A stretch of 63,910 nt of DNA, filler included, from Neoconidiobolus thromboides FSU 785 (Eukaryota; Fungi; Entomophthoromycota), in NCBI GenBank assembly GCA_025603075.1. It is 6 parts of 6 records of this genome, joined end to end, with 100 filler letters (N's around TTAATTAATTAA, not from the genome) between each part and the next. Parts side by side here need not be neighbours in the genome. Positions count along the whole stretch, not along the records: positions 1 to 23,568 come from MU626525.1; positions 23,669 to 44,820 come from MU626545.1; 4 more parts are not named here. One strand, written 5' to 3'. The position numbers and the translations under genes were made by a program. Positions 13,613 through 26,815 of the stretch are shown here, piece after piece; within the stretch, counting starts at the first letter, position 1; every line of letters starts with the position of its first letter. A model generated the notes under the pieces. It worked only from the letters and a program-made list of their open reading frames with translations, was not told where the DNA came from and ran no database searches.

Positions 13613-16451
13613 ATGAAATTAATTACCAATAATTTTAAACAACCTTTTCCAACGAGTTATGATAATCAAATAAAAGGGAAAATTATCAATTCTTATTTGT
13701 ATTATATTTATGATAGTTACAAGCTAGAAATTTATTCTTATAAAACATGTATAAAAGTGATCAAGTTGGAAAACCTATTTAAAAATAGTGAAAGGGTAAT
13801 TTTATATACTACTATTTAGTTCTTTATGTTTAAAACAATTTTTTATATTTTTATAGTTAGAAATAATAGATATAATACCCATAGTATTTAATCAAGCATA
13901 TCATTTACTTTTAGCAATTAACGGTTTTGAATTTGAATATTCTCAACTATTTATACTTAATTTTAGGAATATGAAATTAGTACCATATGAATTTACATTT
14001 CAATCTAATATCAAAAAAATGTATTTGTCAAATTTACTTGAGCCAATAGTAACTTGGGGTGATAACGAGAATGTATATAACAATGAAGAATTTAACTTCA
14101 ATAGTAGTGAATATAGTGTAAATAACAGTGAAGATTATACAATTGATAGTGAAGAAAGTAGAAATAATAATTTAGATAAACAACATTATTTATTATTAAT
14201 CAAGTTAGAAGATAATAAAGTAGTAGTATTTACAATTTATAAAGAAAATTTGAGGAATGTTAATAAAATGCCATTGAAAATAGAGAATATAACCGAATTG
14301 AAAATTGGAAAAGCAAACGATATTAGGGAAATTGATATTTTAAAGGTTAATAATGAGAAATGTTTAATAGCTATTGGGTTGCAATGTGGATTTATTAATT
14401 TATTTTGTTATTCTTTTTCAAATTCTTATTTATTACATACTTTTCATCAAATTTTAAAGCTATCTATTAACTCTTTCTTATTTCAACAAAACAATAATTT
14501 AAATCAACTATATTTTTTAAAATTAATTCTACATTCTAGCTTGACAAAAAATGTTCATAATGATCATGGATTAATTATATTATTGTTTGGTATAGAAGAA
14601 TTAATCCCACTTAAGGATCACAAGTTACCAGAAGTATTATTTATACAGATTAATTTACTTACAGGGGAGTACAAACAATTAAATGTAGACAAATTAATTT
14701 TTAAGGTTATTAAAAAAGAATCACAGTTTCTTTACTTATGTAATAGTAACAATAATATAAATGATGGCGATATATTAGTTTGTAATAATAGCAAAGTAAA
14801 TAATGAAGATGATGAAGACATAAATTACAATCAATTAATACAAATTTATTATGATAAAGAAGAATGTCAACTTAAATTATTGATAAATTATTTTGATCAA
14901 CATTTCAACTTAATAAATCAAACTAAATTAACAAATAGTTATTCTCAATTGTCACCAGAGCCACCTTTAGTAAGTTTACATATTAATGTATTTGCATATT
15001 TATTTATTTATTTTAGGATATACATAAAGAAGATAATAATAATAGTATAATATTGTTATATTCGGATAGAATTGAAAAGTTAATCAATTTATTTGAAATA
15101 GAAGAAGAGTATAAAGAACCAATAAAGGAGGCTTTATTTACTATTGATTATAACCATTGGTTTATTACAGATGTAAGGCTATCACCCTATACTACACAAG
15201 AATGTAGTAGGATTAAAAAACATCGAGAGATTAATGATGGTGAGTTATTTATTGATAGAGTATTAAAGAAAGTTATCAATAACAATAATAATAATATGGA
15301 ACCTATTTATCCACCATTAACGAGTGAAAAATTAAGATATATAATGAAGGAAACGATAGAATGTAATTGTGATAAAGAATTAAAATATTTTATATATTAT
15401 TATATTGGAAAAGATTATATATTTGATCCAAATCGATTTTTAAATTATTTAAATGAACTAAAAATACCAAAAGAAAATATTAAACAGTTGGAAGTTTATT
15501 GGAATTTTGATCATGGACTACCTAAAGATGGCTTAAAATTATTTCAATTTTATAAATTTCAACAAGATGATATTAAGAAAATATTATTAAATTTATTTAA
15601 TTATCAAATGTATTCAAAATATTTTAAAATATTCTCAATGTTAAAAGTAAAAAATTTCAAGTTTAAAAAGTTGGCATTCTTTTCATTATTGAATCTAAAT
15701 ATCGTTTATGCTTATTTATTTATAGTAATTCTATATTTCATTATTATTTAAAGTGATATATTAATATGTTTATTATTTTAGAATCAACAAAACTTCGATA
15801 TTAAAGTTAGGAACGAGTTATTTTTGTTGTTATTAAAATTTATTTTAATAGGTAAACTTTGGTTCATATTATATGTTATAATAAGTAGTAATAAATTTTA
15901 TAGATAATAATCAATTAAGTAATATCAATTCGTTATTAAAATTACAGTTAAAAAGTCATGAAAAGGAGTTATTAATACAATTTTTAAATGAAGGAAATAA
16001 ACCAATATTAAAAGATGTATTAATATTATATTATATTAAAAATTATAATTATTTAAAAGCAATTGAATGTTTTAATATTAATCATGATATTTTAAGTCGT
16101 GGTTATAATATTCAAAGATATAACCATATTAAATTAATTATTCATCACCTTAAGCTGGCTATAGATGATAATAATTTAACATTAAATGTAGAAAAGACGA
16201 ATGAAGAAGAAGATAATGAGATTAGTTTAATAACTCTATGCAACTTGAAAGTAAAATTAGATATGGAAAGTATCAACAATAAAAAGGATGATGACAATTT
16301 TATAAAGAAACAATTTAATACTACAAAAGTTATTCGTCAACCTTCTAACAAATTAAGAAAGATGAAATCATTACCTAGTATCAAGGTAAGTTATCCAAAG
16401 CTAATGAGAAGAAATTCATACTCTGCTTTTCGAATTGAGTTTACTTTATAG
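13613..16451 (+). CDS. ELYS-like nucleoporin domain protein, multi-exon (ends approximate)
   Basis: ORFs 13613, 13971, 15053 and 16245 join across GT-AG introns. IYYYIGKD...IP...VYWNFDHG resembles the ELYS-like helical domain. Confidence 0.6.
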
Positions 16452-17109
16452 TTTAATTTTTTATTTTTAATAAAATTATATATAACTAGTTATTTAGTTG
16501 TTTTAAGTTTGTGATATTGTTTTCTGTTATATTGACACATATATTAACATCAAACAATATCATCAAATCGATAATTTTTAATGTAAACGAAGTTTTTTGA
16601 AGTATTTGTAAACGTCTTTTTTAAATTTTTCAATACTGTAAGAAAGTTTATGAAAATTAATCATATATAGATAAAAAGCTTTTTAGATATTAATTTTCAT
16701 TTCATTTATAGTAATAGAGCTAATATTAAGTAAAACTATACTATATAATATGCATAAATTTATTAAATCAAATTACTCATTGTTAAAATAGATCGGATAT
16801 TTAGAAAAACTACATCATGTAACAACTATACAAACATTTTCACACATCAAAGTATTCAAAACATATCTATTATTTAATTTCAAAATAACAAAATTAAACA
16901 TTTTAATATGAATAACTAAGTAACTATAAAACATCAGTTTTAATAATTTTTAGAATTTAATTTTATAAATTCCAAATGAATCAACCTCGAATCTCATCAC
17001 AATGAAAAATTAACCAATAGCCAAACTCATTTCAAAATTCCTTTCAAAGGCAACTTCATTTTAAAAAAATTAGTAACTTTCCACTTTTTAAAATACAACA
17101 TAACCAAGG

Positions 17110-19428
17110 ATGGCGACCAAAAGTAGTAATAAAGGAGGACGTAAAGATAGTAAAGATAAAAGTAGCTTAAACCAAGAAGAAGACGTGTTACAAGCCGTCG
17201 TTCTTGCTGATAGTTTTGATTCTCGATTTAAACCATTAACTTTTGATACACCAAGATGTTTATTACCTTTATGTAACATTCCATTAATAGAATATACTTT
17301 AGAAATGTTGGTTTTATCCAATGTAAAAGATATCTATATCTTATGTTGTGCTCATTCCGATAAAATTAAAGAGTATATAAGGTAAGAAAAAAAGAAAGGA
17401 TTATTATTTTTATATTGCTAATTAAACAATGAATTCTAGAAACTCTAAATGGGGCAAGTCATCAAACGCTAAAGTCACTGTAATTGTTACTCAACAATTA
17501 TTATCAGTAGGTGATGCTTTGAGAGATATTGATTCCAAGTCCATCATTCGTTCGGATTTCATTTTATTGTCTGGTGATATTGTTTCTAATATGAAATTAC
17601 AAGAGGCAGTTAACGCACACAAGTAAATTTTATTATTTTCTATTGAATTCAGTTTTCTGATTAATTAATTAATTATCATAGAGCTCGCCGTCTTAAAAAT
17701 AAAGACATTATAATGACCATGTTGGTCAAAGAAGCCTCGTTAGACCATCCAGCAAGGTATCCAGAAATCAACCCAATTTACATGTTAGATAGTAATAGCA
17801 AAGAATGCTATTATTTTGAAACTCAAGACGCTTATCCATCAGCAAAGAGTGTATCCATCAATCCCGAGATTCTTAGTAAAGTGAAAAACAATGAATTTGA
17901 GTTGAGAAAGGATTTAGTGGATTGTTATGTAGATATCTGTTCTGAAGAAGTACCTGCTTTATTTACTGAAAATTTTGATTATCAAGATTTACGTAAGGAT
18001 TTTGTACATGGTATCCTCACTTCTGATTTATTAGGTAAATCGATCTATTGTCATGTAGTTGAAGACGCATACGCATCAAAAGTATCAGGAACAAAGATGT
18101 ATGATACTATTTCAAAAGATGTAATTAAAAGATGGACTTATCCATTAGTACCCGATGCTAACCTTACCGATACAACTTACAATTATGGTAGACAACAAGT
18201 ATATAAAGAGAGAGATGTTGTATTAGCTAATAGCTGTCAAGTTGAACGTAGAACAGTTATTGGAGAGGGTAGTTCGATTGGATCTGAAACAAAGGTTAGA
18301 GATTCAGTGATTGGAAGAAATTGTAGTATTGATAATAACGTAGAATTAAATGGAGCATATTTATTTGACGATGTAATTGTTGAAGACAATTGTGTTATAA
18401 ATAATGCTATTATTGGTAAAGGAGTTAAAGTTTTAAAAGGAAGTAAAGTTAGTAAAGGATGTATCATTGCTCCTAATTGTGTTATTGGACCAAATATCAC
18501 ATTACCAGAAAAGACAAAAGTAAGTAGTAGTAAGATTATGAGTGAATTTGATAGTGACGACGAAGAATCTAATGAAAACGAAGAGGGTATTACTTATGGT
18601 CAATTGGCTTACAAATATGTTGATATATTCTCTGATGATGAAGATGAAGATGAAGAAAATCCAAGCTATGTACGTAGTAATTTTGACTTAACACAGCTTG
18701 GTGTTGAATTGAAAGATCTTCCAGCATTACCTAAAGTTGAAGATCAATTAACAGAGAATGAAAATGAAGACAATGAATCTGATGATGGATCTGATGACGG
18801 TCTAAATGAAGAAGAAAAGAGAGATATGGAGTTTGAGAGAGAAGCTAAATCTACAGTTGAAAGAGCATTAAAAGAAGGTCTCACTTTAGACAATGCTGCA
18901 TTAGAATTAACTGCTTTAAGAATGTCTTATAATGCTCAATTTATTCAAGTTAGGGAATGTTTAATACCTCAATTATTAGAACATTTGGACCCTGCTCGTA
19001 CTTTAGCTGGTGGATTGAAAAGCATATTTAGTAAATGGGCACCACTTATTTCTAAGTTTACGATATCAGAATATGACATGATAGATGCAATTGATATTTT
19101 AATGGTAAGTTTAAATTAACCTTTTTTCATTTAAATTAATAATGTTTTTAGTTGGCTTGTAGTGATCATAGTAACAACAATAAAAGTAAAATGTTTGCTT
19201 TAAGTTTAAAGAATTGGTATGATTTGGATGTAGTTACTGAAGAAGCGTTGATTGAATGGTATGAAGGTGATGATCCAGATCGACTCAGTGAAAGAATGAA
19301 AGAATACAAAGAGTTAAGAGCTGCTGTAAGTTTTATTTAATTAACTCAATTAATAATTTAATGATCAATTATAGGCTAAACCATTAATTGATTGGTTAAA
19401 TGAAGCAGAGGAAGAAGATTCAGATTAA
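17110..19428 (+). CDS. GCD6: Translation initiation factor eIF2B epsilon subunit, 5 exons
   Basis: LQAVVLADSFDSRFKPLT...PRCLLPL, hexapeptide left-handed beta-helix, acidic linker and W2 domain (WYDLDVVTEEALIEWY; LIDWLNEAEEEDSD*). Confidence 0.95.
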
Positions 19429-19762
19429 AAATAGGTTTTATTTTAGGTTAATGAGAGTATTTAATGTCTTGATAGAAATTTATCTTCAATAAAAATATTT
19501 TATAAGATTGAAATGATGAACTAACGTTTAATTAAATTATCTAAGGTAGTTTAAAAAAATCTATGGATTGATTTATGTTTAGTTTTAAATAATCGAATAG
19601 AATAAATACTAAATATATAAATACTAATAAGTTGTAAATAATAAATACTTTATTAAGTTAAGTTGTATTTTTTAGCTCTCCTTTTTAAATATTCTGCCAA
19701 TAAAAATCCTCTTAAACTTATTCGAAACTTCTTTTTATACTACCTTTAACATTTTGATATAC

Positions 19763-19861
19763 GGGAATGTATTTTTGTATTCAAGAATTTTACTAACAAT
19801 TTTTCCATTCAAATAGTGCTTAAAAGATGGAAAAAATGCTGAAGCTAAAAAAAACATCCCC
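19763..19861 (+). mobile_element. ~99-bp MITE copy
   Basis: TSD ATAC/ATAC. Confidence 0.9.
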
Positions 19862-19869
19862 ATACCTTA

Positions 19870-22800
19870 CAAAACTGATACAATTTTCGATCCTCAGGTA
19901 ATCAAATTTAAGTAATAATTCTGAATCCAGAATCAATATCATCCACTTACATTATCTCGAAATAATTCAGCTCCTTTGTATTCCCCAGTAATTAGGATTT
20001 CAAGTTTAGCTAACTATATATGGGAATGTATTTTTGTGTTTAAAAATTTTACTAATAATTTTTCCGCTTAACTAGCGCTTAAAAAGTGGAAAAAGTAATG
20101 AAACCAAAAAAATCATCCACATATCTATTATTTCATTCATGGTCAGTAAATTTACTTTCGGTGTTTTTTTTGTAGTACTGTAATTTAATGAATTATTTTT
20201 GTAAAATGAGACTTGACTTTATATTTTAATATGCCTGCTGCTTCAGATAAGTCTTGTGTGTTTAGGAAAAGTATATTGAAATGAGTAACCTCAAATCATA
20301 TAGTTCTTTATAATATGAACTATACTTAGTAGCATATTCTTTGATTTTTGGTTCAGTTGATTCCAATGTATAATTTAACATCCTTGATATTATCAGTAGG
20401 ATAATGAATATATACGCTATTATCTATTAACTGCCTTTTCGTTTCATCTGTTTTATTTAAATAATTTCGATCCTAAAAAATATACTTTTGTCCAAACCTT
20501 GTTTTTTCATAAGATTATTAGTATTGATAGTATTATTGTTACTAATACTTCTTGTCTCTTTTATTAACTTATCACTACCAATAACTTTTGGATTTACTCC
20601 CAATTGCTTCAACTTGTTCAGTACAAGATTTACTGTTCTTTGTGCCCTCTTTTTTATCCTGTTATCGCTAAGTTTAATATTATTTGTAGCATATTCATAA
20701 GTCAAATAATCATCCAAACCATTATCATTGATATTGTTTTGAAGTTTAATATCTTTCTTTTCACTTTCTCACTTTTCATTCTTTCAAATTCTTCTATAGA
20801 TAATTCTTTATATTTAGTTGTATCTTCTTTCTCTGTTTCTTCAATCTTATTCCTAGATCCTTCTTTCCATTTACTTAGCAAATCTTTGGGGGCTTTTGCT
20901 TTATCAACTGAAAATATCTCACATGATCATCTAAATTTAAACCTCTAAACCTCATTTTAACTAGCTTACGTTGTGTAACTTCTTCAGCTATATATCCAGA
21001 AAAAATGCCAAATTTTTGAATAAAACCCTTGTACTTTACGTCTTTAGCATAAATAGTACAGAACAGTTGAACTAAAAAGAAATTTTGACTAGAGATTGAG
21101 TAAGTCGTTCTCTTTAACAGAAATTCTATAAACTTTTGATATCTTTCTACTTCATTCTTAATACCTTTAGTGTTATGAATAGCCATACAAGTATACAATG
21201 CCACCTTTAAAAATATTATCTGCATATTTTGATAATATTAAAAATGGAATTATTCCATTTTCATTACCAAGACCCTCCACTAGCTGATAAACTGGTCATT
21301 CAAGAAAGTATTATTTTGCTTTTAATCGATCTATTTCCAACGTTGTTCAACTACATACAGTGGTATAGCTTCATTGGTTTTTTATATTATGACCATCTAT
21401 TAATACCATTACTTTTACTTTTACTTTTACTTTTATTTTTGGAATTATCGTTAAGTTGTAATTGTTCTTTTTCTTATTGAGTAATTTTAGATGAAAGTAA
21501 ATCTATAAATCCGCTATAACTCATAAAGAAAGATCCAACATTAACGATTTTTAATAAGCTAGAATCTGACATGGAAGCTTGATTACGTAAAACTTGAAGT
21601 CTAATACTAATACAGTTACCTTCTTCTAAGGTTTCAATATATTACAATTAGCTAATGAGAAATTGATTATTTGTTCAACAACCTTTTCATTATTACTAAT
21701 AAAATCATTATCAATTTTGTTTATATTTATATTTGTATTGTTCAACATAAACAATGTATTATTTTCAAGTGCTTGGTAGGAGATAATCAAATGATTTGAC
21801 GACTTTGAAGTATTTATTTTAAAAATACATTCTTTAAATATATCAGTTAATCTCTCAGTTAAAATTATCCTTACTCTATTAATCTTATGTTGTTTACTAT
21901 AAAATACACTAATTCTTTCATACAAATATTAAACTTCTTCTTCAAAATCATTAAGTTAATATTAGTGTTAATCCTCCCTCTGATAATGATTCAATATTGA
22001 ATTAATACTTTATCTGATAACTGTTTAATATTGATTTTATATAAACCACATATAATCGAATAGATCTAATATTATTCTGTTAATTAAGTACCATTAAACT
22101 TAATTCTATAGGACATAACCTTTCATAGCTTAATTTATTACTATTGCTATACTTATTCTTAATGGACAATCACATTTTACTGTCATAAAATTGCTTTGGT
22201 ATCATTAACAAAGTAGTACTTGAAAAATTGGGTTAGATTTTTATTATCTCAGTACTTATATCAAATGTAATATAAATTTGAAACTTATTTTCTAACAATG
22301 TCTTCTAACTTCTTCAGAGCCTCTTAAATATCGCTTGCCTGTTTAACACATTGAAATGAACCAATACTCTCCCCAATTTTAGTCATTTTGTTAAGAAGGT
22401 ATGTATCATAGGGGTTTGTAAACCTAATTCGATGGAATTCTACTATCATTTCCTTTTGATTTTGAATTACTTTTTTAAATTGATTTAATGAGTTTGTAGA
22501 ATCATTGATTAGCTTATCTTTTTTTCAAAGTTATCCCCACCATTTGAAAAGAAAAGAATGGAAATAGATTTTTTCACCTCTTATAGATTCAATCCTTTTT
22601 TGCATCATTTCAAATCCATTTTTAAATTTTGCTTTCTATTGCAAATAAATGATGAATTTGAACTTCAAATTCATTGAGATCCATTCCACAGTAATAAACA
22701 TGGTCATCATAAATGTCACCAAAAGCAAATAAGGTATTCCTTGTACTTTAGTAGAACTAAATTTATACAAGTTAGGTTATATGCTGCATAACTAACTTAA

Positions 22801-22900
22801 AAGCAGTATCAAACATGCTATCACTATTATCTAAGGCAAGAAATGAATACTTAAATTATAATTGGCTATTTTGAATTTTCAAATTAGTATTTATTTGATT
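19870..22900 (-). pseudogene. Long decayed ORF of unresolved identity (ends approximate)
   Basis: Coding-like minus-strand fragments (YSFLALDNSDSMFDT; FAFGDIYDDHVYYCGMDLNEF; ORFs 21626, 20875, 20457) broken by many stops and frameshifts, plus a MITE insertion. Confidence 0.45.
20022..20120 (+). mobile_element. ~99-bp MITE copy
   Basis: TSD ATAT/ATAT. Confidence 0.9.
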
Positions 22901-23056
22901 CAATCGTATTTTAAAGCCTGTAACTAACTTGAAGTCATTAATAGAAGTATAATTATCTGTGGTAGAATTCATTTTATTTTTATTTTTTGTTCAAAATAGT
23001 TTCGAAAGGTTTTTATGGCTTATTTAGTAAGAAACACAGCTATTTGTTTTGAATAT

Positions 23057-23155
23057 GGAGATACGTTTTTGTGTTCAAGAATTTTACTAACAATCTTTCT
23101 GTCTGAATGGTGCTCAAAAGATAGAGAAAGTGATAAACCTAAAGAAAACATTCAC
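23057..23155 (+). mobile_element. ~99-bp MITE copy (diverged)
   Basis: TSD ATAT/ATAT. Confidence 0.8.
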
Positions 23156-23225
23156 ATATGCAGTTCTGATGTATTAAATTTAATTTACCAAAATTTAATT
23201 GAGAAATAACTTTAATTTACTATAT

Positions 23226-23324
23226 GAGAGTGTTTTTTTTGACTTCATTATTTTTTCCATTTTCTAAGCGCCATTTAAGCGGAAATTTTGTTGGTAAAAT
23301 TCTTAAACACAAAAATACATCCCC
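23226..23324 (-). mobile_element. ~99-bp MITE copy
   Basis: TSD ATAT/ATAT; near-consensus. Confidence 0.92.
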
Positions 23325-23568
23325 ATATTTAGATTTGATTTTTTAATTTTTATGTGTATCTTTAATAAAATTCAATATTTTAAATTTCCTTCATTTCAAA
23401 TCAAAAAATTAGCTAAAAGCCTAGTTATCTTACAAAGATAAAAATATAATAATAAAAATAAAATAGTAAAAATACAAAAAGCGACTAAACGCTCTTATTG
23501 ACAGTAAACTTTTATGATTGAATTTATCATTTTCATAAAGCCTTAGAAACAAGTGTTAAACTCAAAAA

Positions 23569-23668
23569 NNNNNNNNNNNNNNNNNNNNNNNNNNNNNNNN
23601 NNNNNNNNNNNNTTAATTAATTAANNNNNNNNNNNNNNNNNNNNNNNNNNNNNNNNNNNNNNNNNNNN
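23569..23668. other. Artificial scaffold gap linker
   Basis: N44-TTAATTAATTAA-N44; the same linker occurs at 44821-44920, 56853-56952, 61335-61434 and 62715-62814. Confidence 0.97.
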
Positions 23669-23719
23669 ATAAGTAAAAAAGAAATCACTCAATCTAATTA
23701 TTGCTATTTGAAATTAAAA

Positions 23720-23737
23720 TTATTACTCTGGAAGTAA
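23720..23737 (+). promoter_or_regulatory. Candidate cis-element shared by both expansin-like paralogues
   Basis: TTATTACTCTGGAAGTAA ~60 nt before the ATG; exact reverse complement at 43029-43046, ~60 nt before the paralogue's ATG. Confidence 0.45.
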
Positions 23738-23796
23738 CACCATTAATTTGTCGATAATTAATCTATATAATATATAAATACCCCAAGTAATTAATA

Positions 23797-24528
23797 ATGA
23801 ACTCAACTTTATTTTTAGTTGTATTCTCTACTTTGACAAGCACCATTACAGCTTTATCCGGTTCTGGTGCAATTACTACTCATCCCTTTCAAGCACAAAG
23901 ATCCATTCTTGAAACATCCCAAGTAGCTTGTGGTATTCCAGCATCTCAAATGAACCTTGATAGAGTTACTGCAGTACAAGGTTTAGACAAATCTCAATGT
24001 GGTACCTGCTTAAAAGTAACCTCAAAACAAAATGGTCTTGTATTATATATTGTTGCTGTTGATATTGGTGGACAAGGTTTGGATATGAATACTGTAGCAT
24101 TTTCACAACTATCAGATGGTGAAACTACTGGCCATGTTGATGTAACTTGGGAATCTACCGATGCTGGTAAATGTGCTGGTGTAATTTTTAGTGGTGATAG
24201 TTCGTTACCTGGTATGCGTACCCAACCTGAAAGCAGTAGTAACCCTAGTAATCCAAGTCACATAGGCTACTCGGTTAAATCTGAAGATGGAAGTAATGAT
24301 AGTGTCAAAGATCAAGTAAAGTTAAAACAAACCACAAAATATAACGAACTGGTTACTGCAGTTCCAAGTTCAAATACAGAACCAACAGATGAATGTGGAG
24401 ATGGTATCTATAGAATGTGTATTTCTGATAAGCGATATGTTACATGTGTTTACAAACAAAGATTTATTGAATCTTGCAATCCAGCATTAACATGTCAAAA
24501 TGCAGGCAATGCAATTCAGTGTGTTTAA
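23797..24528 (+). CDS. Secreted expansin-like/RlpA double-psi beta-barrel protein with C-terminal 6-Cys (CBM19-like) domain
   Basis: Signal peptide; CGTCLKVT...VDIGGQGLDMNTVAFSQL...GHVDVTW; S/P-rich linker; C-terminal 6-Cys module. Confidence 0.8.
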   Translation: MNSTLFLVVFSTLTSTITALSGSGAITTHPFQAQRSILETSQVACGIPASQMNLDRVTAVQGLDKSQCGTCLKVTSKQNGLVLYIVAVDIGGQGLDMNTVAFSQLSDGETTGHVDVTWESTDAGKCAGVIFSGDSSLPGMRTQPESSSNPSNPSHIGYSVKSEDGSNDSVKDQVKLKQTTKYNELVTAVPSSNTEPTDECGDGIYRMCISDKRYVTCVYKQRFIESCNPALTCQNAGNAIQCV

Positions 24529-24827
24529 TCTATATCATCTATATCATCTATATCATCTATAGTATTCTATTTTGGCAATTGATTTGCAATAAAAAAATTA
24601 ATGTTAGCTATTGAGTAATTTCAATATAACTAATATTAATTGTGTTATTTGAAATATTAATAAAACTCTGAACAGTGACTTTAAGATGACTTAATAAACA
24701 ATTAATATACTATAGGTATCATATTTATACTCCTAATATAAGTTAATTAAAATAAGCGCTGTTGATACATTCAGTTTTTTAAATAGAAAGATGTGTAACT
24801 TTACGACTAAGTTTAAAAGAAATATTT

Positions 24828-24921
24828 GAGGATGTCTTTTTGATTTCACCGTTTTTTCCATTTTAAATGACATTAAGTGTAAAAAATGCTAGTAAATTTC
24901 AAACAAAAAAAGATAATCCCT
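24828..24921 (-). mobile_element. Degenerate MITE copy
   Basis: GAGGATGTCTTTTTGATTTCA...TTTTTTCCATTTT...CTAGTAAATTTC...AATCCCT. Confidence 0.65.
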
Positions 24922-25394
24922 GTTCATTTTTTAATATCAAAACTTGAATTATAATCTTATGTTTTTACTAGGTTTATTTTTATTTCTATACTACTCTACT
25001 AAAAGTAATTTCTGATATAAATTTAAATAATTGCTATATTAACCTTTAAAGTATATATTTTATCATAAGAGTAAACATTACCCAAATAGTTTTTAGCTAT
25101 CTTTTCATCTCCTCAAATATTCCTTTTAAATCTATATAATATTGAGTTATCTAATAGAGTAATAAATTAATTACATTGATTACTTATCCTTAATGGCGTT
25201 TTTCTTGATACTATTTTAAATATTTATTTTATTTAAAGTGTAATTAAATTGATATAATCAATTCCCACTTAATATATTTTTTGTATCAAAATAAAACACT
25301 ATTAAAACGATTTAATAGGCATTTTTATTATATATAACAAGCTTATCATATTTGACTTATTGTATTTGAAAGTAAAAATTGTCGAATATCATAT

Positions 25395-25485
25395 GGGAGT
25401 GTTTTCTTTGGCTTTATTACTTTTTCCACTTTTTAAGCCCTATTTGGGCGGAAAAATTGTTAGTAAAATTCTTAAATGTAAAAAA
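25395..25485 (-). mobile_element. MITE copy lacking one terminus
   Basis: ATAT then GGGAGTG...GGGCGGAAAAATTGTTAGTAAAATTCTT. Confidence 0.8.
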
Positions 25486-25689
25486 ATTAAAGCAATGTAA
25501 ATAACAACAAATGATAAATAGAACTTATTATATTATTAAAAATTAAACATTAATTTCAAATATATATATCTAAACAGTATTAAAATCTGAATACTTTCCT
25601 AAAAAACTCGATCTCTATATATAAAAATAATGAACAAATAAATAAAACGAAAAATAACACTTGATTCCAGTATACTAATATACTAATAT

Positions 25690-25786
25690 GGGGATGTGTT
25701 TTTCTGTTTAAGAATTTACTAACAAATTTTCCGCTTAAATAGCGCTTAAAAAATAGAAAAAATAATGAAGTTAAAAAAACACTCCC
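25690..25786 (+). mobile_element. ~99-bp MITE copy
   Basis: TSD ATAT/ATAT. Confidence 0.92.
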
Positions 25787-26815
25787 ATATCCTTTTTTAT
25801 ATTTAACATAATTTGTGAAACTTGAAAATGAGCTCAATTAATTTAAATTTTTATTTAAATATATTTATAATATAATTTAATAGATAGTTTCATATGGTTC
25901 AACAATAGCCTAAAATAATGCAGGTAGGTAGCTTAATATTGCTTAAAAAATAAATAGTAAACATTTTGTATGATAAGATAACTTGAAATTTAGTCATTCT
26001 TAAGTTGAAAAAACGAGAAAAAAAGCCAAAGTGTGTAACTTTTTGGCTTAGTATATTTTAGTTCCATTTGTCCAAATCTAGAATTTCTATTATTCTACGC
26101 TTCAGTTAAGAGCCATTTTTCTAACAGTTCCAAGTCATTATTTTTGTTTAGTTTTAAAAATAGTAAAATAGTAATAAATAATAATATATGCAATTAACAA
26201 ATAATTCAATATTTGAAATTTTAAACTTACAATTTTATTGAACTTATTTGATAATATCGAATCTTGATAATAGTTTTAATTGATTAAAGGAATACATCTG
26301 GATAAACTAGGAAAATTTACTACAAACATACAAACTTGTAACAATAAAGTCCAAAATAAATTAGGGTTAAAGAATAACGGGGGAATTAAACAGTTCATTG
26401 GCTACATTTGTCTTAACTAAGCCATTGCTTATTGCTTAAAAAACTTATGCTAGCCAATCAAAGTGAATAAATATACCAAATGTAACAATTCATGATTTTC
26501 AACAGTAGAAACCAAAATGCATAAAAAATTGATTCTTTCTTTTTATATATTTTATAAAAAAAAACTGATAACTTTTCATAACTGAATATAACATTTTTGT
26601 GTTTTAAACTTTAAGTTAAATAATTTTTTAAAGCTTTCAATTGTTCAATCTGGCTAAATTTTTAATACTTTTATTATTTTCTTCTTCTTCAATACAAAGT
26701 AAAGATAATTTAAAATCAAAGTTAAGCTCAATACTCTATTTTTAATAACAACTTATATCAATAAACTCAAACAAACTTATAAATCAATTTTAAACCCGTA
26801 TCAATTTCAATCAAT

